The notes beneath the pieces are model-generated. The model was not told the origin of the DNA. It did no database searches and saw only the letters and a program-made list of their open reading frames with translations. A stretch of DNA of 61,495 bases, filler included, from Basidiobolus ranarum (Eukaryota), in NCBI GenBank assembly GCA_040143965.1. It is 5 parts of 5 records of this genome, joined end to end, with 100 filler letters (N's around TTAATTAATTAA, not from the genome) between each part and the next. Parts side by side here need not be neighbours in the genome. Positions count along the whole stretch, not along the records: positions 37,006 to 49,203 come from JASJQH010007435.1; positions 49,304 to 61,495 come from JASJQH010007436.1; 3 more parts are not named here. The stretch is one strand, 5' to 3'. Of the stretch, positions 38,309-56,312 are shown one piece after another. Numbering within the stretch: position 1 is the first letter of the stretch; every line of letters starts with the position of its first letter. The position numbers and the translations under genes are program-made.

Positions 38309-39189
38309 CTTGAATAGAAAAACTCAAAGGATAGTCTACGTAGAGGTGAACTTCGTATGGCGAGTTAGGTCATCCGAATGGTGCCTTATATACTCAGTGA
38401 GCGGCTACGACAGCCCGAAATAAGGTAAGCCTTTTTTGAATGATCTAATCATCACCTTATCAGTGATGGTTGGCCACACCCATGTTATCCTGATCCTGAG
38501 CTTCAATCATGGCTCTCTGTTCTACAGAGCTGCATCAACATTTTTAGAATTCAAAACAATCGATGCATGCAAGATGACAACCCCATAAGTTAATTCGAAG
38601 TTACTCGATTTTTTCATTTATTGCACTTTCCCTTTAGTCTGATCTCTCATCGCTACACAATTGATCACTGTACTTGGCGTTAAAATTGGTATTCAAAGGT
38701 GCAAGTGTTTAGGAGCTTCGAAGAGGCTTGTGATAGATACTCTACGGACCGGTTAAAGAACTATTCTTCAAGTCACGAGAAAAAGAACATTTAATATACC
38801 ATTAGGATTGCCCCTTATTATGTGTTTCTGTGCCGAGTTCAGAGGATTTTTCCTTCGCCATTCACATGCCACTTCAGGGATCAATACAAGTTCGATATCA
38901 AGAAAACCTAACTCTCGGGCTCTATTCAACAGAATCAAGTATCGCCTAGCATCCTAGTATCTTAATGTAACATTCATTTCAAGGCTACCATTGTTACTAC
39001 ATTGATACTTCGCAATTGACTGGTTGATTTTAATTGGATACTATCTTTTGCTTTGCCAGGGGATTTGATGTAATTCTACCAAAACCCCCCATGGATATCA
39101 CAAAATTTCTTTCGTTTCCCGTGTGATCCGCCCTGTTATACTCATTTGACCTAGAATACAACTATTTTTTATGGTGGAAGTTCCGAGGC

Positions 39190-39800
39190 CCCACTAGTTC
39201 TTAATATAACAATTGAGATCTTCACAGATCTTGTTGTAGACTTGGATTTTCTATGACATAAATAAAGTTCTAGTTGGCCATTTATGGACTTGGACCCATG
39301 TTTCCTCAAAACAAATATCCTCGCCATTCTTCAATGAGGAAGCTCGCTGACAATTGATGAAATCACCTTTTGTTTATTCCTTCACTGACCCATCTACGGG
39401 ACCATTCCAATCTGTTGAATTTTCTCACCTTGAATGCCCAATGAGTAACCCAACGTATGTCATATTTACGAACCACTTCCATCAACATGTCAGACTGGAC
39501 TCGACCTAAGGAAACCACTTCCCCCTCTATGAAAGGTTACATGTAAACAATTTGTCAAGCTCTCGGAGTAAAATCACCCCATTTCCCAAGGACAGCCGGA
39601 TTATCTACTACTTCTGGACTATCAGAAGTTACATTTGCTAAGTAAAATTTTTGGATGAAATCTAGTTCAAAAATCGTCCAATCAATAAGTGTATCCAAGT
39701 GGAATGGGTTTACTCCAGACTCAATTCTATTGAAGCTATGTGATTTCAATGCCCAAGCTATATACATTTCCTAGAAGTTTGATCGGCCGATGAAGGGGAT
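39190..39800 (-). pseudogene. Degraded coding-like relic, unidentified
   Basis: Protein-like stretches in shifting minus frames (YIAWALKSHSFNRIESGVNPFH..., EGEVVSLGRVQSDMLMEVVRKYD, DFINCQR...VYNKICEDLNCYIKN) broken by stops. Confidence 0.3.
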
Positions 39801-40871
39801 CCAATCATGAGCAGACCCTGAAGAGTTTCAGTTTAATTAGATTTTGCGGAGGTTTAAGTAAAGCAAGTATATTTAGGGAGAATTCATTCATTCCATTTTG
39901 TAACATGTGGGAAAAGGTTGGTGATCGGTTGAATTGACTCATTTTGTATACTTTCGAGTATGTCGATAATCCACAAATTGGGTTCAACAGGGATTCGGAT
40001 CATGAAAATTAACTACATCATGTATTCTCCTTCATTACAGTATTTTGACTTGTTCTCGACTCTCATTACATTACTCACTTGACTCAATGTCTGATTCTAG
40101 TTAGCGACTGTAAAAGACAACTTGTGTTCGTTCTCAGCAAGGATTCGTGACGTCATTCCCATGGTAAAGATGTAATTACTTCAAAATCAGAAGATGCGCC
40201 TTTGGTGTATTTTAGAGTATGTATATATAGAATCTTACATGTAAAAAAAACCACCAATACAATGCTAGTTTAAACTGTTACACTACCAACGGTTTATGTA
40301 GGCACTTGATTTTTAGCCATCACGAGGAACTCGAGTAGTAAAGCATGGGATATTATTAGTTAATGATATATAAACAAAGATGCTTGGAAATGAGAACTTT
40401 TAAAGTGTTCTGATTCCATTGTTGTGATAAAAATTGGTTTGGTAACACACTGAGATATTCTTGGATTAGTTGATACTAATAAAGTTTCTGGCATTTTTCG
40501 TCATGTTCAGGAAAATTTCACAAATACTGATGTACACTTATGTTGTCAGACCACTGTGAAGTGTTGTATTGATGAGTATGAGCTAGATGATTCTTGGCCA
40601 CAACATAATGTGGGTATTTTAGCTACATCCATCGGCGATTTAAAGGAAGTCCGTTTGCCTATGAACAATGGGCTTTTATTAGGATTTTTATCGTTTACCA
40701 AGATAATCTTCAAATATATAAAGCTTTACTACCTATACAAAATTTTTTATGCCAAGTTAGAAAAAAAATCTTTCTATAATACAGAGAATAGTAAAAACAC
40801 CAGCATTAAGAACGTAGGACGACAAAAGGTCAGAGAGTGTGAGTAAATAGCTGAAAGGATAGAATATATAT

Positions 40872-45831
<4,960 letters not shown>

Positions 45832-46980
45832 CTAACGAAAACATGCTTAACATTGATAAATGATTCTATTTGTCATCACGTGATACATGAGAGGACTAAT
45901 CGTAGGCCGTTGACCGCTAACTCATGTATCAATTTTAACGCTGAGATCTACTGAGGCATTATTTTTAAAGGGTTGAGATTCTCACTTCATATTTCATCGC
46001 GTATCAAATGGTGAATGGTAGAGAAAACAAACAATTAAATTTTACAGTGTAAAAGGCTCGTTATGCAGCATAGATTAACAGCGAGATTTTACTGAGGCAA
46101 AACCACCAAAGGCTGATAAGATGAACTTTCATCAGCTCATATACATCAACGTGGCGACATAGCATGTTATGATACAATTATAAATTATATTCACTCAATG
46201 AGGATCGAAACAACGGCCTCTTGGCATGTATTATTTACAAATTTAGTACTTTGGGCTACCGATAGAAAATAGTATAGAAGATTTTAATTTAACAATTTAT
46301 GATGTAATAACTCGTTTGATCGTGATGTTAACTCAACAATTTTATGCTTGTCATATGTACAATTTATTGAAACTCGAAATTATGACTAATCCAAATCAAT
46401 TATTGCTATCCTTAAAGATTTGATATACATCAACCTAATATGTTGCATCTACTTACAGCCTTCTTTCTGTTAGAAAACAGCGCTTGAATTTGATAACAAA
46501 GGCATTAGGTGTTCATTTATATGCTTTAGTATGATCACTAATCATAAAAGTTTAGTATCAATATCAGTATTAGCAATATATAAGGCGTAGTGTAGTTGGA
46601 TCAATATACACTATTCCTACGAAAGCAGCCAACAATATATTAGTTACTCAATAGGTACCCTGGTCAATTGATGGGCCTCAAATTCCTCAGTTGTAATATT
46701 GGGGTTGAGGCAGTTATAGATCTTTGTATTGCAAATACAAGCATTATATAATATGCACTATTTGCTATCCTTAACAACCCGTATATAAAATATATAGTCA
46801 CTTCCAAAAGTAGACCTCTCAGTGGCATTAACTATTCTATGCTTCTATTATAATTATACAAAAGCAGCTGAGAGCACTTGCATCGGTATGATTATACTCT
46901 TCTTAATAGGTATTGTGCAAGATCAGTTTGAAGAGATACTAAAATCTGTTAAATGAAGTAATTGAAGTAAAAACACATGT

Positions 46981-47855
46981 TTACTTTGTGGCAAGTATTC
47001 TCTCGGGAAAATTCCGTTTCTTCAATTCTAAATTAACGTTCATCTTCGGGCAGAGCGCATTTGGGCCTGAACTTTTGTCACCGAGACATATGTTGGCATC
47101 AACCTTGATTCCGAGGAGCAGAACCTTAGCACGGATATCTTGACATGTAGGATGCGATCCATTACCATTACCGCCATTTCCCGGATAACCTCCTTTATTA
47201 TCGTCCGAACCACCAATACAAAGATCCACACCCAGAAGCTTTGAGATTCCGGCATTAGCTCCAATAACACAATGATTACCGCCACCATTACTACTGTTAC
47301 CACCACTACTACCTCCACCACCACTTTCTAGGCAAACTTCAGCTTTTACAGGAATTCCCAAGAGACAAAGATCAGCTACTAAATCTGGACAAGTGCTTCC
47401 ACCCGAGAGTGGAGGATATTTACTTCCACTACCCCCATACTTTCCTTTTAGGCAGACATTAGCATCAATATTAACTCCAAGAGCACGTAGTTTTGCTATG
47501 ATTTATTACAACTACCTCCACTGTTGTTACTTCCATAGCCACCATTACCACCACTAGAATTACCTTGGTAGCTACCTCCACCACTGTTATCTTGATAACC
47601 TTGCTCATAATTATTACTAGGACTTCTACTACCACTTTCATAGCCCCTAATATCCCCACTGTACCAACTCACTGCCGTTCAGTTTTTTGATGACCTTGGA
47701 GCTGTAATTCATATTTCAGATTGCCGTCTTCAGGTTTACTCCTAATAAGTTTAATCTGACGATCAAACTATTACACTGCCGTTAGATTCATAACTTGGTA
47801 AAGCTGTGATGTTAGGCAGAATTGAGAGTAAGAAGAGAGAGAATGAGACCTTCAT
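46981..47855 (-). pseudogene. Secreted Gly/Asn/Ser-rich protein with Cys-bracketed hydrophobic repeats; frameshifted
   Basis: Signal peptide MKVSFSLFLLSILPNITA at 47855. Five to six repeats of the type CPDLVADLCLLGIPVKAEVCL separated by Gly-rich linkers; frameshifts near 47775 and 47500 and an in-frame TGA. Confidence 0.65.
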
Positions 47856-48099
47856 GGTTGTAATAATATTGAAAAATAAGATATAGATAATGTTATTTAT
47901 GCCATTTAAGCTCTAAGCAGATTCACTAATCCAATAATACAGAAGTAGCGAAAGGAAGGATGCTTAGGTATGTTGAACTATTGAAATAAGTATCAATGCA
48001 AAGAATATTTAAGTTACATCGAGTACATGTACTAATCTCAGTCATCCAATCCTTATCAAAGTCCTACTGATACTTTACTGGCTCTACTATGGGTTCCTT

Positions 48100-49203
48100 A
48101 ACTTCAATCAAATGACATGTTTACATTCTCCAGTAAACTAATCACTTGTTCATATAGATCCAAGTTCTTGCAAATATCACCACCATTGAAAATCCAGCAG
48201 TGGAGAGTTATTAGTTGTTGCTTTCTGTTTCTGATATATGTATCATAACTAAAGTTAACTAATATGGTGAATAAAGCTCTATTATCCAACAGTTACATTT
48301 CATCCACTAAAAAGTGACTCTATTTATTAGTGATTTATTGCCTTCTGCTAGCTTCATCTTTAAGTCAAAGAATTTTCTTCTCAAAAATATCTTGTTGGCA
48401 CAAAACATATTTGTAGGGATCTTTCAAGGCTTTCCATACCTTCCTGGCAGCTTATGCTCTGGAACATTGAATTAGCAATTTATCTTTAACATTATGACAA
48501 ATTGTGTTAAAGTTATTTAGTTCTTTTTGAACCTGGAGCAAAACCTTGGTTTCAGACAGCTCTGCATTGTTTTCTTCTCCTTCAACAATGCCCTAAAGTC
48601 CCTTTAGTTGCATAATTAATCTATATTCAATATCTTAGTTAAAATTAATTATGATATATATGAGAAACAGAAAGCAATGTATCTGTAGCCTCTATATACT
48701 AATTAGGAATATCTCTATATTTATATAACAAGTATGTCTTATTACCCCCACTTATATATGATATCATATTGCACAAACTCCTGAATATCTCAAACAATTG
48801 ATTTACTTCTCTATTATATCAGTCACTATATTCTCTTAAGAATGGGGTAACTAAAAACACTATCATCCCTAACAAAAATAAAATTGATTTGATCCAGATT
48901 GGATCCACCCTTCTGAATCACAAAACCATTGCAGAACCATCACAATATTGGTGGCTTGCATTCTGCCAGGGATTTTTATGATGTGACAGTGGCTTTTTGA
49001 AGATATCTTGATGGTATTCATACATGTTAAAATATTGATTCTAATATTTGGCATGCATTACTTAATTTCCAGCAATTTTTACAAAAATCTAATTTCTAAA
49101 TGGCAAGTTACTGGGTTAACTGCTCTAAGAATTCAAATTTGTATGCATGCCTTTATTTAGATATTTTTGGCTTTGTATTCCAGCCATTATGAGAATCAAA
49201 AAA
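48100..49203 (-). mobile_element. Decayed Ty1/copia LTR retrotransposon fragments (gag; possible RNase H end)
   Basis: Minus-strand LKGL*GIVEGEE...AARKVWKALKDPY, and in a shifted frame NKIFLRRKFFDLKMK, plus GGDICKNLDLYEQVISLLENV; these resemble copia gag. No CpG seen from 48022 to 49203. Confidence 0.72.
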
Positions 49204-49303
49204 NNNNNNNNNNNNNNNNNNNNNNNNNNNNNNNNNNNNNNNNNNNNTTAATTAATTAANNNNNNNNNNNNNNNNNNNNNNNNNNNNNNNNNNNNNNNNN
49301 NNN
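49204..49303. other. Artificial contig linker
   Basis: N44-TTAATTAATTAA-N44. Confidence 0.97.
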
Positions 49304-50552
49304 CAGCTTGGGCGAGATGGCTACTTACATGCCTATATCCGGTTCGTTCAATGCTTACGGTGCTCGTTTTGTCGATCCGGCCTTCGGTTTTGCTCTCAGT
49401 TGGAATTACTGGTACTCTTGGGCCTTGACTGTTGCTGTGGAACTTTCTGCGGCAGGTTTAATCATGCAGTATTGGCTTCCAAACGTACCCAGTTGGGTAT
49501 GGAGTGCTTGCGTTTTGGCAATCATTGTAGGAATCAATTCAATTTCTGTCAAGGGTTATGGTGAGACTGAGTACTGGTTTGCTTTGATTAAAGTAATAAC
49601 AGTTGTTGTCTTTATCATTGTTGGTATTTTCGTTGCTGCTGGTGTTCTTGGCGGCGTCAAATACGGATTCAGCAACTATACTAGAGGCGAAGCACCATTT
49701 GTAGGTGGAGGCCTTGGTGTGCTGAGTGTTTTCCTGGTAGCTGGGTTTTCTTTCATGGGGACTGAGTTGGTAGGAGTAGCAGCTGGAGAGAGTGAAAATC
49801 CTGAGAAGAATGTACCCAAAGCAATCAAACAAGTATTCTGGCGTATTTTGCTCTTTTACATCGGTGCTATCTTCATCATTGGTCTTTTAGTTCCTTATGA
49901 CGATCCTAACCTAGTGGCCGACAGTGTCCAAACCTCACCATTCACTCTTGGTTTTAAACTTGCCGGTCTTGGGCCTGCACCTGATATCATGAATGCCATT
50001 ATCTTGATTACAGTCCTTTCAGCGGGCAACTCCGCACTATATGCCTGTACTCGTACCTTATGGATGATGGGTAACTCAAATATGGCCCCGAAGATATTTG
50101 GTCGTGTCAATTCTCGTGGTATTCCTATGTACGCCATGCTGCTCACTGCCATAATTGGATGTCTTGCCTTCTTAACATCATTGTTTGGTGAGAAGGTCGT
50201 ATATGAATGGTTACTAAAAGCCTCCGGAACGTCTGGCTTCCTTGCATGGGTTGGTATTGCCATTAGTCATTACCGTTTCCGCAAAGCATTCATCGCTCAA
50301 GGCCATTCCTTGGATGAGCTTCCATATCGCGCTAGTCTATATCCACTTGGCCCATGCATTGCTTTGGTTCTTTGTACAGTTGTCATCTTAGGACAAGGTG
50401 TCAATGCTTATTCCGATGGTAAATTCAATTTCCTCGTTGCTTTTGGAGAATACTTGGCCGTCATATTGTTCATCATATTATTCTTCGGCTACAAGCTTAT
50501 CAAAAAGACTAAGCTTGTTCCTCTCACTGAATGTGACCTTAGTCGTACTTAA
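49304..50552 (+). CDS. APC-superfamily amino acid permease, LysP/YAT-like; 5' truncated, no introns in the visible part
   Basis: LGEMATYMPISGSF, GFALSWNYW, GTELVGVAAGESENP, QVFWRILLFY, SPFTL and GIAISHYRFRKA; short C-terminal tail. Confidence 0.92.
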
Positions 50553-51229
50553 TACATCTTAACATTCATATTTCCCAAGAATATCATCAACACTTTGAAT
50601 CCTATTTTTGTCAGTCACCTCATTGTAATTGTTCTTGATAACAGTGTAAATAGTCCAATTTTAACCATTGAAATTGGTGTTCATAGTTCTGTGTTTGAAC
50701 ATGGCTTGAATAAATCCAACCAGAATTATCCTTCCGAGATAATGTAGTATGATGTGTGATTACTCAAGTAACACTTGATTCACGAAGGCAACCTTAATCA
50801 AGTAGCCATAAACAATGCACCAGCGGTACCCATATTACACGACATCTATGATGTCGATATTCGTAATCAGATGATAAAAAATGATCCCGAAATTTAATAT
50901 ATTATTTTACTATTTTGGCAACCTTATGAGAGACACCAGATAGCCCACAAATCAGCACCCTCTGATATTGAATTTTGCCCAGGGATCTCGATAAATTTTA
51001 TCTACAAAATTCGAATTTGTTAGTTAATTAATGATTAGAAAGAGTATAATTGGCTAGTATAGTACTAATGAGAAAAAAATTAGGAATCGTTAAGTAGCGG
51101 AGTGATGTGACTCACGGAACCTTCCTTTTGAACCTTAGTTCACTCCATTCATGTATGTATCCATCCATCCGTTAGGTCGATTTATTTTTGCCTGTATACT
51201 GATGTATTGAACCATTTAGACTCCACATC

Positions 51230-51661
51230 ATGTCTGCCGAAGAAGCCGTTGTTCCCCAAGAAGTCGAAGTCCCTGCTGAGGCTGCCCCTCGTGGTCAAAT
51301 GTCTGTTGAGGAAGCTCTTCAAGAAGTCCTCAAGAAGGCCCTCGTTCACGATGGTCTTGCTCGTGGTTTGAGAGAATGCGCTAAGGCTCTTGACAAGCGT
51401 CAAGCTCATCTTTGCGTCCTTGTCGAAACCTGTACCGAGAAGGAATACATCAGACTTGTTGAAGCTCTTTGCGCTGAACACAACATCAACCTTATCAAGG
51501 TTTCTGATGCCAAGAAGCTCGGTGAATGGGCTGGTCTCTGCAAGATTGATCGTGAAGGTAGCGCTCGTAAGGTTGTTGGTTGCTCTTGCGTTGTTGTCAA
51601 GGATTATGGAGAGGAGTCCGAGGCTCTCAATGTTCTCCTTGAATACTTCAAATCCCACTAA
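51230..51661 (+). CDS. RPS12: 40S ribosomal protein S12 (eS12); predicted 5' UTR intron 51153-51219
   Basis: [27 protein letters not shown] and [32 protein letters not shown]. Confidence 0.96.
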   Translation: MSAEEAVVPQEVEVPAEAAPRGQMSVEEALQEVLKKALVHDGLARGLRECAKALDKRQAHLCVLVETCTEKEYIRLVEALCAEHNINLIKVSDAKKLGEWAGLCKIDREGSARKVVGCSCVVVKDYGEESEALNVLLEYFKSH

Positions 51662-52007
51662 GTTTCTTGAGTTTCATGATGACTTTCAACCGTGTGAAAG
51701 TATATGATGCATTGCTTTTCGATAGAACATCGTCGAAAATGATGTTCTGTTAACGGTTAAGAGCTTGAACAATGAATCAATAAACTATGTCGAAATCTAA
51801 ACAATTTGCCATTATTTTACGCTTAATTGAATAACTCTTACAAACAAGCTCAATTGTTTATAAGATTAGTCAAGGGCCTTATAGATTGGAACCGTTTCTG
51901 GTATTTCTTGCATTTTATTATATCTATCTATAGAGAGACGCACTACTAGTGAAGAGATTCAACCATTGTCATCAGCTGGTATCTTTTAATCAAGGTGCTT
52001 ACAGATT

Positions 52008-55000
52008 TCAATGAGTGACATTGGATTTAATGGTTCTGACCGTGGGATACATTTCAAGTCCAACAATGGAGGGGTTCCAATTGACTGGTTTCTTACTTCT
52101 AATTATAATACAATGTAGAGTCGAATAACCTAGCAGGAAGATACCAAAAGCGATAGGAATCAGCCAGTATATTGGACTGAGTCGATACGAAGTGCCGAAT
52201 GCAATGTTAAATGGAGGAACATAAACAATAAGCATAGCTACAATAGCACCACTAGTCATGCCATAGAAAGTCTTTGAATTACGAAACATATATTTACCGA
52301 AGGGAAGGCGAACCAGACATTTGCATGTAAACAAGTTGAAGCACTGACAAATCATGACAGAAAGATAAAATATACTCTGAGCTTGAGCGAGTGCTTCTTT
52401 CTGATCACTGTTGGTTAGAACTCTTCCATTGGGAAGTGTGTATGAAGGTGATTCATTGAGAAAATACTGGTTGGCATTCTGCATAGAGCGTAGTTGTTCA
52501 GGTGAAACATCGAATTCCCGATAAAACACAATAAAGTAAGCAGTTATAGCGGCAAGGAATTCAATTATACCTGCTTCAAGATATGCCCAAGAGAGAACTC
52601 CAGTATCAACTAAAATCTCATCATCTGTATTCTCAAAGCTTTCTTTCCAATATTGACTGGTAAACTTTTCAACGATATTATGTTTAAAGAGTGCGTATCT
52701 GGTCGGGGCTTTTTCATCTCCGGATTCAACATCAATAGAGGTTGGGGGACGTCTAACTTTTTGTCGTCTTAATCGGTTGATTGAACGTGTAGTAACAGGC
52801 TCACGGGGTGGAACCTTCATCAAACCACCCTCAGTCTCTGGAAGCTCCCGAGCGTACGATAGTGAAGCAAGTAATTCAAATCCCAAATCGATTACCAAGA
52901 TTAAAATGGCGGAAAGTGGAAGAGGGAGAGGAACAGTAATGTACAATATGTTAGGTGTGATTTCTGGAGTACTATGAGTAATAGTATACTGGATAGATTT
53001 CTTCAGATCTGTAAAAATAAGACGGCCTTCTTCTATACCTTTGACAATAGAAGCAAAGTTATCGTCTAGCAAGATCATTGCTGCTGCTTCTTTTGAGACA
53101 TCAGAGCCAGATTCATTCATAGCAATTCCTAAATCTGCTTTTTTCAAGGCTGGAGAATCATTCACACCATCACCAGTAACACCCACAATATGCCCCATTG
53201 TTTGCCCACGTTTGACGATCTCTAATTTGTGGCGAGGAGAGGTGCGGGCGAAAATGATTTCTTCTTTTGAGAAAATCATATCCCAGTCATTTTCACTCAA
53301 GGAATCGATCTCCTCACCGTGAATTACTATAGCGGAGTATTCGTGTTCTTGGATGCTTTCGACTGGGCGGTTAGTTCGTTTAGCAACTTGTGATTTTATT
53401 TCAGCTAGTATGATATTGATTTTTCTTCCTATAGCTTCCGCGGTTAGCGATGGTCGCCAGTAACCATCATGACTTGAATCCCTGCAGAGCGACATCGCCC
53501 AATTGCTTCGCGAACGCTATGCTCAGGGGGGTCTTCAAGAGAGGTGAGACCTACAAAGCAGAGATCAACTGTCGGGTAATTCTGAGATTTCTTACTAAAC
53601 TGGAAATTTCCTGGAAACTGATCTCCAGGCAATAGTAACTGGGCAAAAGCTAACACTCGATGTCCTTTACTAGCCATATACTCGTAAGTTTGAGAATCTG
53701 CAGTAATTGGAGTTTCGGGATTGCTAGCAGGAGATGTAGCATACATAACGAACCCACTCCAAATATTAGTCACAGTCATTTGATTTCTAGTCAGGGTGCC
53801 TGTTTTGTCAGTAGTTAGAAGTGTGATGGCGCCTAATGTCTCAACGCCTTTGAGATCCTTAACTAGTACTTTTGCATCTGCCATTCTTTTGGCAGAAATT
53901 GTTAAGAGCATCGTAACGGTAGCCGGAAGGCCTTCAGGAACCCAAGCTACAAATACACCTATCGTAAAATTAAGGCTGAATTCAATTTTCCCGTAGAGAA
54001 CTTGGCCGACTATGAAGAAGATAAGAGCAGCAAGAAAAGCAATGGAAGCTATGATTCTAACGAAACCGTCGATCTCAGTTGTCAACGGACTCTTGCGTTT
54101 CTTCTCGCCTTGAGTTAAACCTGCAATCTGACCTAACACAGTACTATCACCAGTTCGGATAACAATACCATATCCTTCTCCTGATACCACCAAAGTACCA
54201 TTAAATGCAAGATTGGTAGCCTCTAAAGGATTTTTATGGATATTAGATCTAACGCGCTCTTGCGGTTCGGATTCGCTAGTAAGAGAGGAGTTATCTACTT
54301 TCATATCACAAGTAAAGAACATCAGTAAATCAGCAGGAACTTTGTCGCCCATTCTCACCAAAATAACATCCCCAAGAATTAGATCAGCTGCAGGTATCTG
54401 ATTTAGTCTTCCGTCGCGAATGGCAAAGCATTTCGCTGGAATAAGATTAAGGAAAGAGGTAAGAATAGATGCACTTTTCTGAAGTTGATAAAATTCGATG
54501 AAAGCATTTACAAAAGCAACGCCGATCAAGATGGCACCGAGATAGATATTTGTTTGGTTATCAGCTGGGTTAATGGCTAGAAGTACGTATTGAAGTACGC
54601 CCGAAACTATCAGTAGAAGATTGAATAAACCAGTTAAGCATTCAAAATAAAGAAATAAAGCCGTTTTCTTTTTAGGAGGAATCAAGATATTAGGCCCATG
54701 TTTCAATAACCTTTCGGTTGCTTGTTCAGAGCTAAATCCGCTACTTTCATTGGGATTGTTGTCGTTAGCAGAGGTCTGATATTTTTGACAGACTTCCTCA
54801 AAGTTCATTAAATGCTCTATGATATCAATGCCTTTGTCTTTTTTCAATGAACCATGTCTCTGGCTCATTATACGGGTGGGGGATCATGGACAGTTGGCAA
54901 TGTGATAGTGATAATATCGCTATCTTGATGGCGAACCGGTTTCTCAGAATCCTGAAATGTTACTCAACTATGATAGCTAGTAGTAGATACATAATCATCT

Positions 55001-55053
55001 GAGACGGTGCTGTAGACTTGCTGAATCTTGAGTGAGTCGGCATTGCTGGACAT
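52008..55053 (-). pseudogene. P2C-type (Na+/K+ or H+/K+) ATPase alpha-subunit pseudogene, intronless
   Basis: Motifs HGPNILIPPKK, DNSSLTSESEPQ, VPEGLPATVT, DKTGTLT and GDGVNDSPALKKADLGIAM. Lesions: 1-bp deletion at TGDH(P)LTA near 53450, missing KGAPE/N-domain segment, TGA at 54964 and a frame break near 54870. Confidence 0.85.
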
Positions 55054-56312
55054 TGCTATCGCCGTTCTTAACGAGAAAGAAAGTACTCAAGTATAAACCC
55101 AAACTATGAATAAATGAAAGAAGGAAGAGGGTGATAACTAGTCAAAGGATAGTACCTAGTGTAGAATTTGTTTATGAATGAAGAAACAGTTTGACTCCAA
55201 ACAAGAAGCCGATATTTAACATTTATTTATGACTATGGATTACTTAATTCCATGTTCTGAATCAGTGTTCCATTCTCCCTAAATTTCTGATAACTGATGC
55301 CTCTTCTGGTTAGCTTAGATGAGCAGAGTTTATGCTGCTGTACCTAGTTAGATGCATAAAACACTGCTTATGGAACGGCTACAGTGGTATTTCTTATGGA
55401 TTAAAGCGTTGGAGGATCTCATTTAGCAGATCTTTTGAAGATCCTTATCTGTATGCAGCACTGATTTACGTAAGTCAATACTCTAAAGCTAATAGCTATG
55501 CTCATTCAAAACGAGGACCTTCAGAATACTATGTACCAGATACTTTGAAAGTTGACAACGTATAATATTATGTATTTGCTCGTAGCTGTACGTACGTTGC
55601 ATTCTGAATGCATAAACTTATCAATCACCAATTCCAGTCCGGAACATTAAAAGACTATACTGATTGATAAGCATATTGAATACATTTATAGTGGGCAGAT
55701 ATCGTCTCAACTAAGATGTGGAGCCGACATATCATATTGTATGTTGTATCTATCATGAACACCCCTCTCTCTACAATAACTGCATCTCAAGATCAGAGTC
55801 TCTGTCACGATACGCAATTAAAGAGTTCATGGGCTTGCTTTCCTAACAACCATATAGACTTGGAAGAGTTGAATGGTTGAAGGTGTCAGATTAAATGTTG
55901 GTGAGCATCAAGAGCGACAAAACTGGAAACAAACTTGGAGATCTGATATCTACAATAATAGTTGAAGAATATAAAAGCTTTCTGCAAAGTTGGCGCCGGT
56001 GAGTTATCTAATATAACTTCTCCTGTGCGCTCAAATACAGGCTAGAGAGAACAGATATTGGACGCTTCTGCTTAGGTACACTGCAGTTGCTTTTAATAGT
56101 CAGGGTGCCATTACATTTGCATGGTATGTATATGACATAAATCAGTCAACGTGCCCTAAACCAATATGCTATGGTACGGGTAGGAGAATACTGAATATAA
56201 ATCGCTCAGAGTTAAGGATACTTCAGACTGATGGCGAAAACAATCAATCCAAATATGAGACCCACCATCTCAAAGCCTGGTTGCAAAATAATACTTTACT
56301 TGCAGTAGCAAC

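Noticed and set aside
47710..47725. TGA at a repeat Cys position (and TGA 26073) as selenocysteine
   Set aside because: Both lie in frameshifted pseudogenes with no redox motif and no SECIS that I could see.
51157..51165. GTATCCAT as a second U12 donor in the RPS12 UTR intron
   Set aside because: It mismatches the TCCTT core, a canonical GTATGT donor lies 4 nt upstream, and there is a U2-type CTGAT branch.
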